From Octopus vulgaris (lineage: Eukaryota), in contig OX597828.1 in assembly GCA_951406725.2 (NCBI GenBank), positions 4,588,001 to 4,652,000 of the forward strand: a stretch of 64,000 nt of DNA, written 5' to 3'. The notes beneath the pieces were generated by a model. That model ran no database searches and was not told where the DNA came from. It saw only the letters and a program-made list of their open reading frames with translations. The position numbers and the translations under genes are program-made. Numbering within the stretch: position 1 is the first letter of the stretch; each line of letters opens with the position of its first letter. This document shows positions 12,027 to 24,414 of the stretch, one piece after another.

Positions 12027-13258
12027 TTATGATTAATGTTATCCAAGAACACCCAGTGATTGCACCGAATATAAGAATGAAACCTGTAGGTGATGAGTAT
12101 ATTACAAAAATGAAAGAAGCTTTAAAACATAATCAGAAATAGAAGTACAAACTCGAGTAATTTCTCAATATGCGACAATATTCTGATGTATGCGCAAAAG
12201 AGTTGTAGTACCGAGTGTATTACAAAAACGTATATTGCAGTAATTCCACAGCGGGCACCCGAGGATGTCGAGGAGGAAATCTCAGATGACGAGCAACGTC
12301 TATTGGCTGATTATGAAACGGGATAACAAAAATTTGGTGAGAAGTTGTCGAGTTTGGGCGCTCTCGACGAAAGCCCCGCCGGTGAAATATCAATCGTGGC
12401 TGGACACTGAGAACGCATGGTCTAAGTTACATACCAACTATGCCGAACTGGTGAATAGTGCTTACTATCTAACTGTGGTAGACAGCTGTACAAAGTATCC
12501 AGAGGTATGCAGGTAAATTAAACGAACCTTTAAGACAACTATAGAATTCATCTATAAATAGTTTGCGCGGTACGGTGTTCCAGACACGTTAATGTTTGAT
12601 AAAGGAACACGCCTCTGGCTATGAATTCAAGAACTTCTGTAAAATGCATGTGATAAAGCATATTTCCCTCCACCCCACTACCCGAGATCAAATAGGCAGA
12701 TAGACTGATTCGTGGACACTTTCAAAAGAGCACTAAGTAAAGCTAGGAACGAATGAAGTAATGACGAAGCATTAACAAATTTCATAAGTGTATATAGAAT
12801 AAGCCCTAATCCAAGTACAAAGTCAGGATAGTCACCCGTAGAGTTAATGTTTGCGAGAAGAATAAAATCGATTTTTGATAAGTTACTACCAGAGAAAAAA
12901 AAGATGTAAAAAAATACGAAAGATGCAACGAAATATTTCGAAGTAGGAAATAAAGTACATTTAAAAACCTACAGAAATGCTAAAGAAGACTGGGCGGATG
13001 ACCTTGTAGGCAAAAAAGATGAAGTATGATATATCAAATTAAAGGACTACGTTGGGGACATAGGAGACACATAATTCAGCTAAAGAAGTGACATACCGAA
13101 GAAGGGAGAGAAATTCTTATGGAAGTATTTTTTTAATGTATTCAATATCCCAGAACTGAAAGTAATGGAGACCGAGATAAGGCCCAAGTGAAAAAGATAC
13201 TACAAACAAATAATGATAAATAAAATTTCTTTATTACTTCTGAACTCAAAACGTAAGA

Positions 13259-13465
13259 TGTGGTGAGAGTACGATACCCTCTGGTGAGAATAGACGAGAA
13301 CACTACATATAAATAATAGCGGTCCGACGTAGTTTGATCTTCGAAGTCTAGGTACAGTTTAGAGTTCGAGGTAGTGCGTTAGAAAAATTGATTGTTGGTT
13401 CGTTATGTGTTTATTTCTGGCGCTGTTTCTATTTTGAATTGTTAAAACAGTTACAATGTATTATT
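13259..13465 (+). repeat. Gypsy 3' LTR, diverged and 3'-truncated
   Basis: Shares gagtacga, aatagac.aga.cactacata.aaat, tagcggtc, tcttcgaagt..aggtacagt, agttcgagg, gaaaaattgatt and cgctgttt with the 5' LTR. Similarity is lost after about 13465. Confidence 0.8.
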
Positions 13466-13869
13466 TGATGGTATGTTTGTGGAAGATCAGCAGTCGCCCA
13501 TGCATACCAGCCTCCCCTCTCCACGTCACCGATGTTATCAAAGGGAAAGGCAAAGCCCTTGTTTCGGCTAAATAAAGTGGCTGAAAAATACTGGGGAAAA
13601 GTTCGCCCAAGCTTTAAAATATTACGCCAGAACAACTTCGGAAACAAGTAGTGTTCTCTGTGGCTAACTTTCATGATGCTTATTGATCTTCTCAAAACAT
13701 TGTTAACCGCCCAAAACCTACTGAAAAGGAAAATCGAAAATAATTTTAAAATGCCGTTTTTACGGTTACTATGTTTTCGTATACCTCCAAATGTAACTCG
13801 TCCCACAGAGTTGATATGCAGTAAATTCAACTTGAAAAAAAAATAATTGTTAGAGTTTTGAACTTCGCA

Positions 13870-15960
13870 ACTGAAGTTGGGCGATGAGCAATTCTGAACA
13901 AAATTAAGGCAAATGCCAAAGTATCAATGATGTTGCTACATGATCCATGAAATCGGGTAATACTAATCACAAAATAGTTAATGCTCTTGTCACGCTCAAA
14001 GAACACATTGGAAATGTCTTTCTCATAAGTAACAATAAAATATCTAAATGGAAGCAACCCAGATGGAAAACAGTGCTTGAAGAAGACATCACCAATCTCC
14101 GCGGTTATATTGCATGGTTAATCTCAGTAATAGAATATAAAGATGTAATAAGTTCATACCTCACTAGTTAGATTTTACGCAAACAAAAAAAAAAATAGCC
14201 ATGACTCTTCAAGTTGAACTCTAGTACGAAATTTAATTACTCTAAATTAGTCAGTGAAAGATTTCATTATTGTAGGAAAATACTTGAGCAGGTCACAAAA
14301 ATCAAATTTTTCCTTGCAATACCCAGGCATTATACAAGCAGATGAGAAATAATATACTACCTTTAAGAAAGCCACTGTCAAAACCTTAAGTGATTCTGGT
14401 CATAAATCTGGTATGAGATGAAATATTTCATACATACTATCTTGTAGCTAAATACAAGTAGAAGATAGTACTGTACCCAAACATCGACCGTAAAACATAC
14501 ACATGGACGAGACTTAAAAGTTCGATACTAGTACAAGATGCAGACTTTTGTTGAAGGCTATTAATATGCACATTCAAACAGAAGATGGATGCCTTGATTG
14601 ACATACCAATATTTTTAACCATAACACAGACAAAGCTTACAGTCAGATATGAAATCACCAAATATACAGAAGATTAATGGCCCATTGGTTGCCTAATCAT
14701 TACGTAATGGCTGTACACAAGCATGTCCAACCAATTCCTCCAGCGTCATTGAGAGCACAGGCATGTAGAAGGAAGGGAGCGTGTTGATGTGCCAAAAAGT
14801 CTTTGATGAACAAAGCTGTACTGTCCTAACTACAATATGTATATAAAAACAATATATATACATATATATATATATATAGATAGAGATAGAGAGAGAGAGA
14901 TTCAGATGAATATGGTACTTAAATTGAGGCACCAAAATTTAGTATGAATCAATAATCTCTATTTCTCCTATTACAAAGAAAGAATGCTATAAATTGCTAG
15001 GTATTGATGAAACATATCATACGAAGGTACTGTGAATAAGAATTGACCCGAGAATATTATAGCAGACTTAGTAACTTATGGTAGTCGGAGCTCTTCTCCT
15101 ACAACAGCACTCCATAGACATTTAAATCTCCAGCACGCGTTGGAAGTTTCTATTGGAGAAGAAGAAATGAAAGAGGTAAACCCTTGGGATCACTATAGAG
15201 AGCCTTCGAATTTCCTGTAGTCGCTCTCATACAACACCAGCTAAACAATGGTTGTAATGTAAATAGACTTAGTGCTGAAAAAGCAAACAGAGCATCATCT
15301 TCAGGAAGTATTTCCTTCCTGATGACCACCTATACAATCCCAAAACAGTGCAATATAACTCAAGGAAGACTAAGTTGAGAAACGCTAAGCACACCAACAC
15401 CTAGAAATAGACTATGTATGGCTACGTTTTCCGAAATCTTTAAGAATGCAGTAAAGTTGATGCGCGACCGCTCCATGACATCACACTTAGAAGATTAAGC
15501 GTTTATAATTCAAGAGAAGGAGATTGTGAATACATAGCATATAAACAAATAAGTTAATGAAGCCCTTCAAGTCTCAAAAATCAACCGGAAATATCGATTA
15601 TGTTATATATTTGAAGAAGAATTTAAACGCGATAAACAGCTGACCGAAATATGAAATTACTGTCTGCCAAAGCAACACAATGTGGTCACTGAAAACAATA
15701 TAGAATGCCACCCGAAGAAAAGTCTCTCTTGGGATAAATATGTAGAAGCGCTTGCATTGAAATACTTGCGTAAATATCAGCACTAGGAATGTTGGTGGAA
15801 CATTCCCATCAAAACTTCTACCAAGAAGAAACTTAACCTGCTAGATAAACGTGGGAAGACGATATAAGTTCTAGTTGATTAGCTACAGATCACCCTTGAT
15901 TCAGCATATTTATATGCACACTTGTTCCAGGTCTAGGGAGTTGAAAAAGATTTGGCTGCT
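13870..15960 (+). mobile_element. Highly degenerate non-LTR retrotransposon, probably R4/Dong-like
   Basis: Fragment KQPRWKTVLEEDITNLRGYIAWL resembles the P.W..RLE..I..LR region upstream of R4-clade RT. A-rich coding-like bias, interrupted by a TA/GA tract near 14850. Confidence 0.4.
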
Positions 15961-17744
15961 ATTCCTAACGGGTAAAATAAGTGCTTAGAAACTACTTAGT
16001 TTAAAGATAGAAGTGTATTTTTGTAAGAATACTCAGTAGTTTATCATTAATATTTAAAATACATCTTAAAAAGTAAACAATTTATTCCGTGTTATATGTT
16101 TCGAATCCATTATTGTTTTAGCTTATATAATGAAGTTAATTAATTTCATCTTTGTTTTATTTTACTTTGAAATATATTTCAAAACCATAACATTATTAGT
16201 GACTGGATGTATATCAATTCCTGATCAGTTCTCAGTGGATTGTTCTTGAGCATAAATTAAAAAGAAAATCATTACTATTATTGCTATTTCTCGAAACCTA
16301 GTGACTCATTTTTTCGTAGGTAAAACATAATCATCTGAGACAATGTTGACATAACGAGTATCAGAAATCAGGTGAGAGAATCAATATTGGCGATAAAATA
16401 ATACATTTCACTTCTGTATCATTTGTATTATTATGGCTTTGGTTAATTTATTTTGTAATTTCATATGCATAATTTAGCCTATACGGTCTATAAAGCAAGA
16501 ATCACTTCAGATGTAACCCGCATCTGGTTGTATTGGGAACGAAATGACGAAATTTATTTTTGTGGGATGGTAGCAAACGAAGTGTCATAGCTGCTAAATA
16601 ACCAATATACTCCTAGGCTTTTGTTCTTTAACTACATTTCAATATACTTCAAGGATTGCGGGCATCAAAATTCAGAATTAACGGCTTTCATCTAAATTAT
16701 AAATTATTTAAATATTTTTTTCAAAAGAATATGACGATCTAGGTGATATATACTAAATACTATATATACATATATATACATACACACACATACATGCATA
16801 CATACGTACATAAATACACACACACACATACATACATAATACATGCATACATAAGCTCAACCATATATTTATAAACAGCGGGGACTTCCTTAACTCAAAA
16901 AGTCGTGTCGCTTTGTTGGCGACATGCGTGAAGTCTCTCAAGAAGAGCTTAAATGAAACTCTAAGAAACACACACACATGTACACACGCACACGTATATG
17001 TTTAACTGTGATATAAAATTCCTCGTATACTTGTTTGCTGGAATAGGGTGTTAAATAAAGTCAGACAAAGAAACACGTTACCTCATTTCTAATGGCAGAT
17101 GTTGCAAATAAAAGCATGGGAATTTGTGATATGAATGCATGCAGCTTAGCAGATGTGGTATTTTGTTGTTAAGCCTTAAACGCTTGGTATTATTGGAGCC
17201 ACTGAAAATGTGTTGCTGTGAAAATGTCAGTTAATGTCATTGCTGTTTCAAGTCACTTATGATTAGACAAGACAACAATAGCATTCTAAATATGTTTAAG
17301 CATATTTCAATATTACTGGTCTGTCTACTGCAAATGAATTGTGGTTAATTCTTTTCATTTAAATGGCATCATGTACATATTGGATGATTAAATTATAATA
17401 TGTACAACGTATCGCAGTGAATGAAATATATGTATAGAGCTTTTTTGTGGTGGGAAATGCTAACTATTACAAAATTTTGTGTTGGAAACTAGGAAACGAG
17501 ACATGGGCGTCATTGTCTTAGTGAAGATATTGATTCATTGACACTAAAATAATAAATCTATTGCATAATTAATTCAGAAGTTGGAGACGTCAATACGCAG
17601 CCTTTTACTTGTTAGGTAGGAAGATATGAAAAGGGCCGACACTGATGTAATTTGTTTTATGTGTGGAATATATTATGAAACTAAAAGTCTAGTCAGCGAC
17701 ATATTTATGTAATGCATAAAAGATGAGAAGAATATATTGCCGCG

Positions 17745-18120
17745 CACTCACTTACTCACTCACTCCCTCACTCATTCAATCACTTACTCACTTACTCGCT
17801 CACCCACTCACTCACTCACTCACTCACTCATTCATTCATTCACTCCCTCACTTACTCGCTCACTCACTCATTCACTCACTCACTCATTTACTCGCTCACT
17901 CACTCACTAACTTAATCGCTCACTCACTCATTCATTCACTCACTCACTCACTCGCGCACTCACTCACTCACTCACTTAATCACTCACTCACTTACTCGCT
18001 CTCTCACTCATTCACTCACTCGCTCGCTCACTCACTCACTCGCTCACTCGCTCACTCACTCACTCGCTCACTCGCTCACTCACTCACTCATTCACTCACT
18101 CAGTCACTCACTCACTCACA
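17745..18120. repeat. Degenerate (CACT)n microsatellite
   Basis: Direct reading. Confidence 0.95.
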
Positions 18121-19728
18121 TATAAATACATACGTACATGACTGATTGATTCCACGAGTTTGTACATGTATTCATGTGGAGAAACAGGAATATATTCATA
18201 TATACATGATTCCCTTGTGATGACGTGGAGGATGAGGAGCAGTATGAAGAGTAGAAGGAAGAGGGAGAAAGTTATTAACTTATATAGTAAGAAATATTGT
18301 TTGTAGATTATAAACCTGTTCTTTTATCATTGTTGACAAACTACATGAATTAACATATGTACATACGTATATATATGCATACATAAAGCCTACATACGTG
18401 TATATATGCATACATAAAGCTTACACTAATAACATTTCTGTCAATGATCTTTGTATGTTGCTTTCGACGAGGAAAGTTACAGGTGCATAGATAGAGATGA
18501 AAATATATATTCTTTTCTATGACGTAACTTAGAAATTAATATTACTGTATGTAAAAATATTATCCAGATTCCTTAATTTATATTATTATATGTAAAGATA
18601 TGTTTTCCAGATTTCTCAATTGATATTAAAATATGTAAAAATACATTTTCCAGATCTCTCTTGACATAATTAATCAGATACCCCAAGATGTTTCAGCTCT
18701 ACTATTTCTTCTGCTATCGTTGGGTCATTCTTTTGAAATAGGTATGATGTTTGTGACATTAAAAATATAATCACCACCGGGAATGTCTACAATGAGTATG
18801 ATACTAGATCATCTATCTTCAAATAAAATGAGAAACCAGAAACCCAAAGGCTTAGGATCAAGTGAATGATCCTTTGAAAATCGCATAACAAAGCATCTAC
18901 TAATCATCTAACAAGGCAGGGAATTAATATAGTGTACGTTTGTACGCATGGGTCAAACTACATCATGGAGTTGGAAACGAGCTCCTCAGAAAGTATTTCC
19001 TAAGTAACAACAATGACTACTCACCCACCAGAAATTAGACAACCTTACACTTTTATTAGCGTTCACTTTAAATGGTATAGCGTTCACTTTAAATGCCTAC
19101 GATGTGTTTGTACTCACATCGTAGGCACCAGGTCGAATACAATTTTAGAGTGACTACGTATATAAGATGAGATGTAGTTCAGCAAAATATGCGATGGTAT
19201 TTGTGAAAGCGAAAAAGTTCTGGAGACCAGATGTTATAGCTATGTAGAAGGCATATCCGCCATAATATGAAAAAAGTATTACCGTCAAAATCTCAATTAA
19301 AAGCCGCAAAAAACAAGTTTCATACAATCTGGAGGAAAGAAATTTTCTGCAAACCAGTGTAAATCAATTATCTATCAGCCAGTGAGGTAAAGCAATGAAA
19401 GAAACAGAAAACGCGTACCAACTTGAAACGTAATCTGTCCTATCTTGCTTCCCTAAGGCTTTTTATCATTTTAATCGTTGTCTCCGCGTGGCCCCAAGCC
19501 TTTATTCTGTTTATTGTTTCGTCCCTCTTTCGTTCACGAACGATCTCGTCCCGAGTCCGCCTCGTTTTCTTATGTTTTGGTCCCAGAGTGGAAGCAATAT
19601 AATCAATGATGGCCGAAATTACGCCTGACCATCCAGCCGATGACTAAAGAGGAATTGGTGACATGTGTTTTCTGTTCGTCTGTGTATTTATCATATATTG
19701 GTACGTTTACTTTCCAAACGTTTTTTAC

Positions 19729-19780
<52 letters not shown>

Positions 19781-19784
<4 letters not shown>

Positions 19785-19990
19785 TGCAACACGGATTTTT
19801 GTCAGTGAACATGTCTCGGTTTATAGTGACGAAAATATTTTGACAAATTAAACTTAAATGTTGAAGTGAATCGAACGGCTTTTGTGTGTTTCTTAAATGG
19901 CCTACAAAATACCTTCCACGCTGCAATTGTTTTCGTTTCAGCACACGATCTCAAATCAAATCACTTGCTATGCAAGTACATCTCCGTAAT
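19781..19990 (+). mobile_element. Hammerhead repeat family A, copy 3, between two (TA)n tracts
   Basis: Colinear with 6264-6471. Hammerhead at 19798-19847 with GTGAACA core, gtc/gac stem II, GAAA and AATATT stem III. Confidence 0.8.
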
Positions 19991-19992
19991 AT

Positions 19993-20027
<35 letters not shown>

Positions 20028-20068
20028 GATAAAAAAGTTTGTTTGTGAAAGCACGTGGGTGAATATAC

Positions 20069-20351
20069 AAGAAAATAGTAAAGAATGAAAAAACGACAGA
20101 AGGCTTAAATGTTAAAGAATATATATATTTGCGTCAATATGTCTGAAGAATATTTGAAAATTTTTTTTCCTCTTATAATGACATAATTTTTAAAGAAAGA
20201 CCGGTTTCGCATTTAGCTCTTCAAATTTCTTGCGACGTTATGTTTATGTTTGATAGCGTAATTCTTGTGTTTTTGCTACGGAGAGTTCTAAGTAAGGGAA
20301 GGTAGCGGGTGATTTCTTCCGGTGTAAGGGAGATAATCGCTTTAAAAAATT
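20069..20351 (-). repeat. Inverted copy of the 3' pLTR, with hammerhead-like motif at 20193-20231
   Basis: Reverse complement of 23792-24048 with few substitutions and an extra segment of about 23 nt near 20117-20139. Confidence 0.95.
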
Positions 20352-21540
20352 GGTGAGTAAGGATTTACAACTGTTATATACAACACTAAATTCAATTTTC
20401 ATCAACAAATCCGAAAATAATACACAGGCACCTAATGAAACACAGCAGGACATCATACGCACCCAAATTAACCCAGCAAAAAGAAAAATAGGAAACATTT
20501 GGAATACAAACCTGCACAACAGAAAACTCACCTTCTGGAACATAATAAAAAATTCCAACAAAGCAGATATTTACGAGGGATGGATAAACTCAACACCAAT
20601 TATCCTCCCACGCAAATTCCAGATAAAATTCATTCCTAACGAGCCTGACGGACAGAGATCTATTAGGGAAAAGTCAGCTCTGTTCAATTTTAGATCAGAA
20701 ATAGAGCTTCTAAGACTCAGGGCCTCCACAAATGAAGAAAAATCTAAAAGCATAGACGAGGAGATGCACAATATAATACTGAAACATACCGAGGGACAAC
20801 CCCTCGAAAATACATTGGATCATTGGAAGGATGCCTGTGAGAGGGAAGAGAGAAATTCTCTCCTACGCTGGGAGAAAAACATGGACTTCTTCCAAAAATA
20901 TAGTGAAACTTTCAAAACTGAATTGGGTACAAATAATCCCTTCCTTAAGAAAATTACAATAAATAAAAAAGAAAAACCAAACAACCCACGAACAACCACC
21001 AACTATCCTCCATACACTAAAAACAGAAATCACCCACAACCAACCTTTGCAAACCACGCAAGACCTAACAGGGAACTAGCTGACAGAGGACACGTCTATG
21101 AAAGAAATTACACCAAAAACAGAACACACCAACAACATCCCAATACCAGACCCAACCAACATACAGCACAAAACGACACTAGAATAAGAAATACACCACA
21201 CACAAATCGCTACTACCCCATGAACCAAAATTACTGGTCCCCACTAAACACAAGACAAACGCAAAAAAACACTATGTCAAGCAACATCCCACATACAAGC
21301 AGTTCGAAACAAAAATATTTCCCATACAGAAATTTTACACACACCACAAACAATAACAACCATAGATTCCCACACACACACAACGATCGGGGGCAACAAT
21401 ACCACCACTCCCCCGACCAAATACCACACAACCTCACAGACAACTCATACAAACAAAATTACACCCAACATTTTTTAGCCAGGGACCAGGGACACAAGGA
21501 CACAGGCTGGAACCTAGTAATAAGAAAAAACCGAAGATAA
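20350..21540 (+). CDS. PLE upstream ORF (ORF1-like): helical/coiled-coil-like region plus N/H/T/P/Q-rich tail; probably 5'-truncated
   Basis: 396 stop-free codons starting at the inverted-pLTR junction. Charged helical stretch RSEIELLRLRASTNEEKSKSIDEEM. Overlaps the RT N-terminus, which lies in the -1 frame. Confidence 0.75.
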   Translation: MVSKDLQLLYTTLNSIFINKSENNTQAPNETQQDIIRTQINPAKRKIGNIWNTNLHNRKLTFWNIIKNSNKADIYEGWINSTPIILPRKFQIKFIPNEPDGQRSIREKSALFNFRSEIELLRLRASTNEEKSKSIDEEMHNIILKHTEGQPLENTLDHWKDACEREERNSLLRWEKNMDFFQKYSETFKTELGTNNPFLKKITINKKEKPNNPRTTTNYPPYTKNRNHPQPTFANHARPNRELADRGHVYERNYTKNRTHQQHPNTRPNQHTAQNDTRIRNTPHTNRYYPMNQNYWSPLNTRQTQKNTMSSNIPHTSSSKQKYFPYRNFTHTTNNNNHRFPHTHNDRGQQYHHSPDQIPHNLTDNSYKQNYTQHFLARDQGHKDTGWNLVIRKNRR

Positions 21541-23772
21541 TCAATCTTTCAACCAAACCTCTTTCTAACATAAAAATTGACATCCTCTCAAAAGGGCTCA
21601 AATTTACACCAACTCCACGCAGAGCCAACCTAAATGAAGTCAAGGATAATATAACAGAATTTTGCAGAAAATTAAGACTAGCAGAAGCATCAACCAGTTT
21701 CAATACTGAAGATGAATCACTAGTCAAGAACAAAAGTGAACACATCCCACACAGAGGAAGAAATAAAGATCTTGACGAATTCTGTAACCACATTGAGTAA
21801 CTTCCCCTACCATACTATACATAAACAGAAAGCTAACTCAAATTTTAACACTACACAATGGAAAGAACTGATAGAACTTCAAAAGGATGAGGATATAACC
21901 ATTAAGGAAGCAGACAAGGGAAATGCAGTTGTAATAATGTACACATCATACTACAGAAATCTTGTAATTCCCTTGCTTGATGACGACCTACATTATGAAA
22001 AAATTACCAACTACACCCCACAAAAAATAATGAAAACTCTATCTTCACTAATTAAAACCCATGAAAAGGAACTAACAACCAAAGAGATTGACTTCCTAAC
22101 AAACTTTAAATGCAAACCTAGCCTTTTCTATGGTCTGCCAAAAATTCATAAAAGCCAAATTATAAATGAAACCATTAAAAAATCACCAAAGACATACATA
22201 CACACACCTAACCCGGGGGACCTAAAACTACGACCCATTGTAGCTGGCCCAACCTGTGAAACACATAGACTAAGTCTACTTATGGACATCCTCCTGAAAC
22301 CCTTCCTTAAACATATCGATAGCCATATCAGAGACGACTTAGATATGTTAAACCACCTTCCAAAAATAGCCAAGGAAGAAACAATCCTGGTTTCATTTAA
22401 TGTAGTCAACTTGTATACCAGTATACCTCATAATTATGGACTGGAGGCAATACAGTTCTGGTTAGACCAATTTACGGAAGAAATACCAAAAATGATCAGT
22501 AAAGAATTCATTACTAAATCAATTGAATTCATCCTACACAATAACCACTTCGTGTTTGACAATACATTTTACCGTCAAAAATCCGGAATTGCTATGGGTA
22601 CAAGGGCAGCACCTGTCATTGCGAACTTAACAACGGGATACATGGAAATAATCATTTACCAGGAATCTTTATCAATCTTTGGAAACCCCCTCTCTCAATA
22701 CATAAAAGAGAACTGGAAACGATTCTTGGACGATTGTTTTATTCTCTGGAATGATAACACAGATACACTCTTAAAATTTAAAAACCTATTGAACAGTATA
22801 AACCCAAATATACAGTTCACAATGGAATACAACCAAAAGGAGCTCCCGTTCTTGGATATACTAATTTTAAAAATTAACCTTAAAATAGAAACAGACATTT
22901 TCTACAAAGCCACAGACGCCAAACAATACCTTCTCTTTAATTCATGCCACCCAAGAAGGATATGCACAATAGTGTCAGAACAAAATACCAGGAACTTTAG
23001 ACTGCAAGAACTCAAAAACACCCTAATTGACAGACATTACCCAGCTCAACTCATAGAGGATGGGATCAGACGTGCAACAGAAATCAACATAGAAACTTTA
23101 AGAAAAGTTCAACACAACAACACACCTTCCCCGAAAATACTACCTTACATATCTACATACAACCCCAGAAACAAAGAAGCTTTCACCATCATCACCCAGA
23201 ATTTACCAATACTTCATAAAAACCCCAAATTAAAGGAAATTTTAAACATACACCAAATCATTAAAAGCTACAAACAGCCTAAATCACTTAAAAAGATTCT
23301 CACAAAGGCAAAATTGTCTTCTGAAATTACGGATGCAAAAGTAAAAAAATGTGGTAGATCGAACTGTGCAACATGTCCTAACCTACTAGAAGGATCAGAA
23401 TTCCTCTTTAAAGAGGGACAGAAATTCAAGATCAAATCTAACTTTACTTGTGCCTCTGAAAACATAATTTATGTCATAAAATGCTCGGGCTGCCACCAAG
23501 ACTACGTGGGGTCCACGGGACTATCACTCAGACGTAGATGCACACTGCATCGACAACAGATTGCATTCCCAGAATATAGAATGATACCTTTTAGTGAGCA
23601 CATTGAGAAATGCGCAAAGCAACTACTACCACAATTTTTAATCTTTCCATTTTACCAATGTGCTTTCGGATCATCAACACAAATTAGACTAAACAAGGAA
23701 ACATTCTTCATTGAAAAGTACAAACCCAGACTCAACCATCCAAACATAATGATACAGAGAAATTCTCATTAG
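21477..23772 (+). pseudogene. PLE reverse transcriptase + GIY-YIG endonuclease, disabled
   Basis: The -1 frame from 21477 gives IINLSTKPLS..IDILSKGLKFTPTP (conserved PLE N-terminus) and stops at 21798-21800. After a 1-nt shift near 21793 the frame continues IKEADKG, FYGLPKIHK, LRPIV, GIAMGT, RFLDD, LPFLD and NIIYVIKC..C.QDYVGST. Motif A reads SFNV instead of SFDV, and SCHP-RRI looks shortened. Confidence 0.92.
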
Positions 23773-23791
23773 GAGAAAAGGAAAAAAAAAA

Positions 23792-24045
23792 AATTTTAAG
23801 CGATTATGTCCCTTACACCGGAAGAAATCACCCGCTACTTTCCCTTATTTAGAACTCTCCGTAGCAAAAACACAAGGATTACGCTATCAAACATAAACAT
23901 AACGTCGCAAGAAATTTGAAGAGCTAAATGCGAAACCGGTCTTTCTTTAAAAATTATGTCATTATAAGAGGAAAAAAAATTTTCCAATATTCTTCAGACA
24001 TTTAACATTTAAGCCATCTGTCGTTTTTTCATTCTTTACTATTTT

Positions 24046-24048
<3 letters not shown>
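23792..24048 (+). repeat. 3' pLTR of the PLE
   Basis: Follows the stop codon, ends in (TA)n and is mirrored at the 5' end. Confidence 0.95.
23909..23947 (+). ncRNA. Minimal type I hammerhead-like motif in the pLTR (U3-G8 variant)
   Basis: aagaaa-t-TTGAAGA-gc taaat gc-GAAA-ccgg-TC-tttctt. Stem I aagaaa/tttctt with one extra U at the junction, 2-bp stem II, palindromic ACCGGT stem III and GUC site at 23939-23941. Minimal hammerheads are an established pLTR feature. Confidence 0.7.
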
Positions 24049-24112
<64 letters not shown>

Positions 24113-24414
24113 GGGTAAACAAGGGGAGACAGAAATAGGCAGAAAAAAGGAACATGTCCCTTGCATTTGATAACTATGGAAATATGTTTTTTTAAAAAGC
24201 ATTTCATTTATATATTGTGTGCTCGTGTCTTGTGAAATGCTTCTATATTGTGACAGCTACAGAATATATAAAGACGTGTAAAACCGATAACTATATAATC
24301 CAACTAAAATATCTCAGTTACACAAACGTAAACAGAACTACTATTTAGCATAAAAATACATCGTACATATTCAAAGAACCGTCTCGGTTTAGTGGTAACG
24401 GAACGTTCTTCTGC

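Larger units (their letters stand above)
9364..13465 (+). mobile_element. Degenerate Ty3/Gypsy LTR retrotransposon
   Basis: Order is LTR, PBS, gag (double zinc-knuckle remnant CYECGGLHFRKECPF near 10480), protease region, RT (WA....IRLCAD.STGLND....HPLPTPEDIFAKL; DLSRAYLQI; LTINT.RGLY), integrase (FHSGHP, VYW, VVDSCTKYPEV, ARYGVP), LTR. Integrase after RT is the Gypsy order. Many stops. Confidence 0.9.
20028..24048 (+). mobile_element. Penelope-like element, Neptune type, 5'-truncated with an inverted pLTR, inserted in (TA)n
   Basis: PLE-type RT followed by GIY-YIG endonuclease, with a Cys-rich linker CGRSNCATC. The 3' non-coding repeat 23792-24048 is inverted at 20069-20351. (TA)n on both sides. 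Confidence 0.95.

Noticed and set aside
13477-13560. GC-rich island truncating the 3' LTR, considered as an HDV-like ribozyme
   Set aside because: It looks like a fragment of another interspersed repeat, and the nested double pseudoknot could not be built from the sequence present.
18355-18670. Short tandem duplications here and at about 5770-6000 and 38578-38645
   Set aside because: Ordinary slippage duplications in low-complexity DNA with no further structure.
21736-23772. The 678-aa ORF as an intact active PLE protein
   Set aside because: The GTG start is out of frame with the real N-terminal motif, the motif A aspartate is replaced by Asn, and a thumb segment appears deleted.
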